A DNA stretch of 17,928 nt from a virus. The stretch lies in UHGV virus genome UHGV-1593002, one strand, 5' to 3'. Shown here one piece after another: positions 9,384 through 17,928 of this stretch (position 1 is its first letter; every line of letters starts with the position of its first letter). Both the position numbers and the translations under genes were made by a program. The notes under the pieces were generated by a model, which made no database searches, was not told the DNA's origin, and saw only the letters and a list, made by a program, of their open reading frames with translations.

Positions 9384-9716
9384 TTAAACGATGCTGATTG
9401 CCGTTCCGGCAAACGCGGTCCGTTTTTTCGTCTCGTCGCTGGCAGCCTCCGGCCAGAGCACATCCTCATAACGGAACGTGCCGGACTTGTAGAACGTCAG
9501 CGTGGTGCTGGTCTGGTCAGCAGCAACCGCAAGAATGCCAACGGCAGCACCGTCGGTGGTGCCATCCCACGCAACCAGCTTACGGCTGGAGGTGTCCAGC
9601 ATCAGCGGGGTCATTGCAGGCGCTTTCGCACTCAATCCGCCGGGCGCGGTTGCGGTATGAGCCGGGTCACTGTTGCCCTGCGGCTGGTAATGGGTAAAGG
9701 TTTCTTTGCTCGTCAT
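9384..9716 (-). CDS. D: Capsid decoration protein D (lambda gpD-like), 110 aa
   Basis: Start at the second in-frame ATG ([11 protein letters not shown]), which has AAGGG about 6 nt upstream; 110 aa. Confidence 0.9.
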
Positions 9717-9725
9717 AAACATCCC

Positions 9726-10331
9726 TTACACTGGTGTGTTCAGCAAATCGTTAACGGCATCAGATGCCGGGTTACCTGCAGCCAGCGGTGCCGGTGCCCC
9801 CTGCATCAGACGATCCAGCGCAGTGTCACTGCGCGCCTGTGCACTCTGTGGTGCTGCGGCCAGAATGCGGCGGGCCGTTTTCACGGTCATACCGGGGGTT
9901 TCTGCCAGCACGCGTGCCTGTTCTTCGCGTCCGTGAGCCTCCTCACAGTTGAGGATCCCCATAATGCGGCTGTTTTCTGCCGCAACCGCTGCGGTGATCT
10001 GCGCGTTCACGTCCGGCTGCGCCGCGCTGGCGTTCTCGCCCTCCGTCGCTGGCACCACGTCAGTAACGTCAGCCTGCGAAGCAGTGGCTGAAACAGTTGT
10101 TGATTGAGTCTCTTTGGTCATTCGCCCTCCTGAGAGACGGGATTTACGTGCATCCAGTGCATCACGCATGACGGTGATCGCATCGGTGCTGTTAACAAGT
10201 TCATCAGCCAGTCCGGCATCAATGGCCTCCTGACCGCTGTACACTGCAGCCTCGGTATCCAGCACAGCCTGCACGGACAGGCCGGTATATGCCGACACCT
10301 TCTGTGCAAACATCCGGCGGGTTGCATCCAT
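9726..10331 (-). CDS. Nu3: Scaffolding protein Nu3, nested in frame within the 3' third of C
   Basis: Internal in-frame ATG at 10331 (MDATRRMFAQ) giving a 201-codon product co-terminal with C, the lambda C/Nu3 arrangement. Confidence 0.8.
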   Translation of the reverse strand: MDATRRMFAQKVSAYTGLSVQAVLDTEAAVYSGQEAIDAGLADELVNSTDAITVMRDALDARKSRLSGGRMTKETQSTTVSATASQADVTDVVPATEGENASAAQPDVNAQITAAVAAENSRIMGILNCEEAHGREEQARVLAETPGMTVKTARRILAAAPQSAQARSDTALDRLMQGAPAPLAAGNPASDAVNDLLNTPV

Positions 10332-11025
10332 CCGGGACTGCAGTGTTTCCCGGACATCATCCGGTAGATGGCTGTAGGGGTTGCCATCCACCTTATGGCT
10401 GCCGCTGTAAATCAGCGTGATTTCCACGCCCTGTTTCTCCAGCGCAGCACCGTAATTACTGTGAGCCATCATGACGCCGATGGAGCCTGTCCGGGCGGTC
10501 TGCGTGACCAGACGCCGGGAGGCGGCGCTGGCAAGCAGCTGACCTGCACTGCAGTTCATGTCGTTGGCCAGCGCCCATACCGGTTTTATGTCTCGCACAC
10601 GGGCGATGATGTCAGCACAGTCAAATGCTCCCGCCACCATCCCGCCCGGTGTGTCCATATCCAGCAGAATGCCGTCCACCATCGGATCGCTGGCAGCCTG
10701 TTGCAGACGGGCGATAATGCCGTTGTAACCGGTCATTCCCGAATACGGCTGCAGCGCCCGCGTCCGGCTGACCAGCGTACCGGACACCGGCAGCACGGCG
10801 ATGCCGTTCATGACCTGATAACTGCGGGCCTGTCGTGGTCCGTCATCATCACCGGATAACGCCAGCGCCGCGGGTGCCTCTCCGGCAGTCAGGCTGTCGC
10901 CGGATACTGCATCCGTCAGGCGGCTGATCCCAAACTGGCCTGCAAGCGCACAAAAGAAAACCCGCGCATAGGCGGGTTCAAGCATCAGCGGCTCATTAAA
11001 AGCCATGCTGGCAATATGCGGGAGA

Positions 11026-11045
<20 letters not shown>
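9726..11045 (-). CDS. C: Capsid assembly protease C (lambda gpC-like, S49/ClpP-type), 439 aa, GTG start
   Basis: GTG at 11045 overlaps the 3' end of B by 20 nt, as in lambda; the 484-aa ORF-finder version is an in-frame read-through of the B 3' end. Confidence 0.85.
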
Positions 11046-14726
<3,681 letters not shown>

Positions 14727-14752
<26 letters not shown>

Positions 14753-15272
14753 TCAGCAACCCCGGTATCAGTTCATCCAGCGCGGCTGCTTTGTTCATGG
14801 CTTTGATAATATCCCGTTTCAGGAAATCAACATGTCGGTTTTCCAGTTCCGGAAAACGCCGCTGCACCGACAGGGGGAGCCCGTCGAGAATACTGGCAAT
14901 TTCACCTGCGATCCGCGACAACACGAAAGTACAGAATGCGGTTTCCACCACTTCAGCGGAGTCTCTGGCATTCTTCAGTTCCTGTGCGTCGGCCTGCGCA
15001 CGCGTAAGTCGATGGCGTTCGTACTCAATAGTTCCTGGCTGGAGATCTGCCTCGCTGGCCTGCCGCAGTTCTTCAACCTCCCGGCGCAGCTTTTCGTTCT
15101 CAATTTCAGCATCCCTTTCGGCATACCATTTTATGACGGCGGCAGAGTCATAAAGCACCTCATTACCCTTGCCACCGCCTCGCAGAACGGGCATTCCCTG
15201 TTCCTGCCAGTTCTGAATGGTACGGATACTCGCACCGAAAATGTCAGCCAGCTGCTTTTTGTTGACTTCCAT
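14727..15272 (-). CDS. Nu1: Terminase small subunit Nu1 (lambda gpNu1-like), 181 aa
   Basis: 181-aa ORF starting MEVNKKQLADIFGASIRTIQNWQEQGMPV (winged-HTH N-terminus), immediately downstream of cosB. Confidence 0.95.
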
Positions 15273-15289
15273 TGTTCATTCCACGGACA

Positions 15290-15449
15290 AAAACAGAGAA
15301 AGGAAACGACAGAGGCCAAAAAGCTCGCTTTCAGCACCTGTCGTTTCCTTTCTTTTCAGAGGGTATTTTAAATAAAAACATTAAGTTATGACGAAGAAGA
15401 ACGGAAACGCCTTAAACCGGAAATTTTTCATAAATAGCGAAAACCCGCG
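15290..15449. promoter_or_regulatory. cosB: terminase (Nu1) binding region with three R elements and an AT-rich putative IHF bend
   Basis: Three copies of the CGTTTCC core (15302-15308 and 15403-15409 as GGAAACG, 15342-15348 as CGTTTCC); the two inner copies form an inverted repeat (GAAAGGAAACGACAG / CTGTCGTTTCCTTTC) flanking AT-rich DNA; located between cosN and the Nu1 start. Confidence 0.7.
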
Positions 15450-15461
15450 AGGTCGCCGCCC
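15450..15461. other. cosN: the 12-bp lambda cohesive-end sequence (joined form)
   Basis: Plus strand AGGTCGCCGCCC is the reverse complement of the lambda cohesive end GGGCGGCGACCT; the flanking sequence matches the lambda left and right termini as I recall them. Confidence 0.85.
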
Positions 15462-15467
15462 CGTAAC

Positions 15468-15495
15468 CTGTCGGATCGCCGGAAAGGACCCGCAA
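15468..15495. promoter_or_regulatory. cosQ region (approximate)
   Basis: Placed by position only, about 15-30 bp on the right-end side of cosN where lambda cosQ lies; the motif itself was not verified. Confidence 0.4.
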
Positions 15496-15660
15496 AATGA
15501 TAATAATTATCATCTGCATGTCACAACGTGCATCTACGCCATCAAACCACGTCAAATAATCAATTATGACGCAGGTATCATATTAATTGATCTGCATCAA
15601 CTTAACGTAAAAACAACTTCAGACAATACAAATCAGCGACACTAAATACGGGACAACCTC

Positions 15661-15894
15661 ATGTCAACGAAGAACAGAACCCGCAGAACAACAATCCGCA
15701 ACATCCGCTTTCCTAACCAAATGATTGAACAAATTAACATCGCTCTTGATCAAAAAGGGTCCGGGAATTTCTCAGCCTGGGTCATTGAAGCCTGCCGCCG
15801 GAGACTGTGCTCAGAAAAAAGAGTTTCTCCTGAAGCAAACAAAGAAAAGAGTGACATTACTGAATTGCTCAGAAAACAGATCAGACCAGATTGA
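15661..15894 (+). CDS. ylcI: Ribbon-helix-helix DNA-binding protein, YlcI/YnfO (DUF3950)-like, 77 aa
   Basis: MSTKNRTRRTTIRNIRFPNQMIEQINIALDQKGSGNFSAWVIEACRRRL fits an RHH fold (beta strand TIRNIRF, helix NQMIEQINIALDQ, turn GSGN, helix FSAWVIEACRRRL) and matches my recollection of the DLP12 prophage protein YlcI, which lies next to the Nu1 homologue nohD. Confidence 0.65.
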   Translation: MSTKNRTRRTTIRNIRFPNQMIEQINIALDQKGSGNFSAWVIEACRRRLCSEKRVSPEANKEKSDITELLRKQIRPD

Positions 15895-15950
15895 AGCAAT
15901 TTAGATAATCGTGCAGACTACGCCCCTCATATCACATGGAAGGTACCACA

Positions 15951-16361
15951 ATGGCTCAGGTTGCCATTTTTAAACAAATATTCGATAAAGTGCGAAATAA
16001 TTTAAACTATCACTGGTTTTATTCTGAACTAAAACGTCACAATGTCTCACATTACATTTACTATTTAGCTACAGAGAATATTCATCTTGTTCTTGAAAAC
16101 GATAATACGGTTTTAATAAAAGGACAGGGTAAGGTTGTAAATGTAAGATTTTCAAAAAATAAATGCCTTATAGAAGCCACCTTAAAAGGATTCAAATCAG
16201 GAGAGTTATCATTTTACGAATACAGGAAAAATCTTGCTACAGCAGGGGTTTTCAGATGGATTACAAATATCCACGAAAACAAAAGGTATTACTATACCTT
16301 TGATAATTCATTACTCTTTACTGAGAACATTCAGAACACTACACAAATATTTCCGCACTAA
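15951..16361 (+). CDS. Hypothetical prophage moron protein, candidate DUF1398 (YbcV/YdfO-like), 136 aa from the second ATG
   Basis: ORF 15936-16361; the second ATG at 15951 has GGAAGG 7 nt upstream. Markedly AT-rich compared with the late genes; 56 nt downstream of the YlcI-like gene on the same strand. Family assignment is from memory and unverified. Confidence 0.55.
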   Translation: MAQVAIFKQIFDKVRNNLNYHWFYSELKRHNVSHYIYYLATENIHLVLENDNTVLIKGQGKVVNVRFSKNKCLIEATLKGFKSGELSFYEYRKNLATAGVFRWITNIHENKRYYYTFDNSLLFTENIQNTTQIFPH

Positions 16362-16406
16362 ATCATAACGTCCGGTTTCTTCCGTGCCAGAACCGGACTC
16401 GCTGGC

Positions 16407-16571
16407 ATGATGAAATATGTGTACCCGGTAACCCCGGTGTGCATCGTTTTTGATTATTCCCGCACACTCGCGCAGAAGGAGTTCCCCGTCGGGCTACGGT
16501 CTCTGTTAATACGGGAATACGGCGACGATACAGCGCATGATGTGTCAGGCTTGAATACCTTTATCCTTTAA
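16407..16571 (+). CDS. Hypothetical small ORF, 54 aa (MMKYVYPVTPVCIVFDYSRTLAQKEFPVGLRSLLIREYGDDTAHDVSGLNTFIL)
   Basis: Uninterrupted 55-codon frame with ATG start, found by hand (below the ORF-track length cut-off); lies between a perfect 8-bp hairpin (16372-16399) and a plus-strand terminator; no convincing RBS. Confidence 0.2.
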   Translation: MMKYVYPVTPVCIVFDYSRTLAQKEFPVGLRSLLIREYGDDTAHDVSGLNTFIL

Positions 16572-16617
16572 AAGGGATATCAGTTAAGTTATCCCGTGTA
16601 GGGTATAAACCATTATC

Positions 16618-16647
16618 AAAGCCACTCTGTAGGAAGTGGCTTTTGTA
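16618..16647 (+). terminator. Putative rho-independent terminator (plus strand)
   Basis: AAAGCCAC - 10-nt loop - GTGGCTTT stem followed by TTTTGTAAT; no T-run on the opposite strand. Confidence 0.5.
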
Positions 16648-16650
16648 ATG

Positions 16651-16680
16651 GCAATAAAAAGCCCCGCGAATGCGAGGCTA
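16651..16680 (-). terminator. Putative rho-independent terminator (minus strand)
   Basis: Minus strand AGCCTCGC-ATTC-GCGGGGCT (8-bp stem with one G-U pair, 4-nt loop) followed by TTTTTATT; about 27 nt downstream of the small ORF that follows Rz. Confidence 0.6.
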
Positions 16681-16706
16681 AATCCTGGTATTTGTAATGA
16701 CTGGTT

Positions 16707-16856
16707 CTTATCTCAACGCAGCCCCTTACCGCGCGCAAAATGCTCAATATCAAGCATCAGCAATGAGATGTTTAATCTGGATTCACTCCAGAAGTGAGCA
16801 CCACCCTGTCTACAGAGCCAGATGTGAAGGATGATGAGTAAAATTATCGCTATCAT
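16707..16856 (-). CDS. Hypothetical small protein, 49 aa, hydrophobic N-terminus ([47 protein letters not shown])
   Basis: ATG overlaps the Rz TGA stop in an ATGA arrangement (translational coupling); ORF is followed by the minus-strand terminator; found by hand, not on the ORF track. Confidence 0.3.
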
Positions 16857-17320
16857 CGAAGGCATTGCGTCCTGATGTATTCCTGAAGCGTTCTCAGTGC
16901 TGTTTGGTCGCGGATAATTCCGTCCCGGATACCGAGAACGTTTCGTCCAGCAACTGGAGAGAGTTCGACGGTGGCATCATTGCCCATGCCGGAGGCGCTG
17001 GAGGTTTCGGCTGAGGATGGCACAGGGCATTTTCCTTTGACGAGCACCCGACCACCATTATCAAGCTTGCGCCGAAGAGCATCATTTTCAGCTTTCGCAT
17101 CAGCTAACTCCTTCGTGTATTTATCATCGAGTGCATCAGCATCACGCTGGCGCTGCTGCATGTCAGTAATGGTGGCGTTCGCCTTCTCCAGTTCACTGGC
17201 CTTGTTATCACGCTGTTCTTTGTAGGCGATTGCATTATCACGGTAATGATTAACAGCCCATGACAGGCAGACGATGATGCAGATAACCAGAGCGGAGATA
17301 ATCGCGGTTACCCTGCTCAT
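16853..17320 (-). CDS. Rz: i-spanin Rz, 155 aa from the ATG at 17320
   Basis: N-terminal TM anchor ([26 protein letters not shown]) followed by a charged coiled-coil-like region; ATG overlaps the endolysin TGA stop (ATGA); contains the embedded Rz1 frame. The ORF-track start at 17332 is a GTG and was rejected. Confidence 0.85.
   Translation of the reverse strand: MSRVTAIISALVICIIVCLSWAVNHYRDNAIAYKEQRDNKASELEKANATITDMQQRQRDADALDDKYTKELADAKAENDALRRKLDNGGRVLVKGKCPVPSSAETSSASGMGNDATVELSPVAGRNVLGIRDGIIRDQTALRTLQEYIRTQCLR
16894..17100 (-). CDS. Rz1: o-spanin Rz1 (outer-membrane lipoprotein), embedded in the +1 frame of Rz, 68 aa
   Basis: [21 protein letters not shown] contains a signal-peptidase II lipobox (VVGC); Pro-rich mature region ([16 protein letters not shown]); entirely inside Rz in a different frame. 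Confidence 0.8.
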   Translation of the reverse strand: MRKLKMMLFGASLIMVVGCSSKENALCHPQPKPPAPPAWAMMPPSNSLQLLDETFSVSGTELSATKQH

Positions 17321-17810
17321 TGTTGCCCCCACAAACAGACCTCACGCTCAATCTCACGACGAGTCATCAGGCCTTTCCATTGCTTACCGCCAGCGTATGC
17401 CCAGCGACGTAGCTGGTCACATGCGCCCTTGATATCGCCCTGGTTTATTTTGCGAAGAAGAGTAGATGTTCTGAAATTGCCTGCGCCCACGTTATAGACG
17501 AACGAGTAAAGAGCGCCGCGCGTTGTTTCCGGTATATCGACTTTGATGTACGGGTTAATTTGTCTGGCTACCGTGGCAAGGTCTTTATTCAGGAGGGCTT
17601 TGCATTCTGCTTCGGTATACGTTTTACCGGGAATGATGTCTTTTCCTGTATGCCCGTGACATACAGTCCATACGCCAACGATATCTTTGTATGGTATGTA
17701 GCTGACACCTTCCAGACCATCGTTACCACTTGGGCCAGTGATTAACACTGATGCTATAGCAATTGCTCCGCCACCAATAGCAGCAGCAACGGCTTTTCGT
17801 AATGATGGAG
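17317..17810 (-). CDS. R: SAR endolysin (phage 21 R / DLP12 RrrD-like lysozyme, GH24), 5' end interrupted by IS2 at about codon 2
   Basis: Gly/Ala-rich weakly hydrophobic SAR segment ([23 protein letters not shown]) followed by a T4-lysozyme-like E-x8-D-x5-T catalytic motif ([16 protein letters not shown]). The in-frame 5' extension to a TTG at 17838 lies inside the IS2 terminal repeat, so the native start codon and RBS are missing. Confidence 0.8.
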
Positions 17811-17928
17811 TAGACTGGCCCCCTGAATCTCCAGACAACCAGTATCACTTAAATAAGTGATAGTCTTAATACTAGTTTTTAGACTAGTCATTGGAGAACA
17901 GATGATTGATGTCTTAGGGCCGGAGAAA
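17811..17928 (+). mobile_element. IS2 insertion sequence, left end (IRL) and first 118 bp; element continues beyond the window
   Basis: TAGACTGGCCCCCTGAATCTCCAGACAACC... matches the IS2 left terminal inverted repeat as I recall it, and 91 bp later the InsC (OrfA) start MIDVLGPEK begins. Confidence 0.85.
17902..17928 (+). CDS. insC: IS2 transposase OrfA (InsC), N-terminal 9 codons only (truncated by window end)
   Basis: ATG ATT GAT GTC TTA GGG CCG GAG AAA = MIDVLGPEK, the N-terminus of IS2 InsC, preceded by GGAGAA as RBS. Confidence 0.8.

Noticed and set aside
15587-15615. Sigma70 promoter for the YlcI-like gene (TTGATC followed by a possible -10)
   Set aside because: A plausible -35 hexamer exists, but no convincing -10 hexamer lies at 16-18 bp spacing; it is mentioned only as a region to test and is not called as a feature.
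15388-15645. 85-aa plus-strand ORF (MTKKNGNALNRKFF...)
   Set aside because: It reads straight across cosB, cosN and cosQ, has a low-complexity composition and no RBS; this is the cos regulatory region, not a gene.
16362-16852. A bor-like lipoprotein gene antisense and downstream of Rz, as in lambda
   Set aside because: No ORF with a lipoprotein signal peptide or Bor-like sequence is present on the plus strand here; the region instead holds hairpins, terminators and two small ORFs.
17811-17838. TTG at 17838 as the genuine endolysin start (173-aa ORF MSGDSGGQ...)
   Set aside because: These codons are part of the IS2 terminal inverted repeat, with no Shine-Dalgarno upstream; the fused N-terminus is an insertion artefact, not the native protein.

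Overview
This window is the reverse complement of the packaging, head and tail arm of a lambdoid prophage, joined through an intact cos site to the distal end of its lysis cassette. All phage late genes are on the minus strand, in lambda order and spacing (essentially colinear with lambda from cos through gene I; J lies beyond position 1): I, K, L, M, H, T (G-T frameshift), G, V, U, Z, FII, FI, E, D, C/Nu3, B, W, A, Nu1 (18-15272). The joined cosQ-cosN-cosB site sits at about 15290-15495, so this is a prophage, circular or concatemer junction rather than a virion end. Across cos the sequence is not lambda-like: an AT-rich two-gene moron on the plus strand (a ribbon-helix-helix YlcI-like protein plus a DUF1398-like protein, 15661-16361), a hairpin-rich stretch with two small unannotated ORFs and face-to-face terminators (16362-16856), then Rz/Rz1 and a phage-21/DLP12-type SAR endolysin (16853-17810). 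An IS2 element begins at 17811 and cuts the endolysin gene at about its second codon; the window ends 27 nt into IS2 insC. The prophage is therefore a mosaic and is probably lysis-defective. No tRNA, rRNA or CRISPR array was seen. All homology calls rest on recognition from memory of lambda, DLP12 and IS2 sequences; no database search was run.
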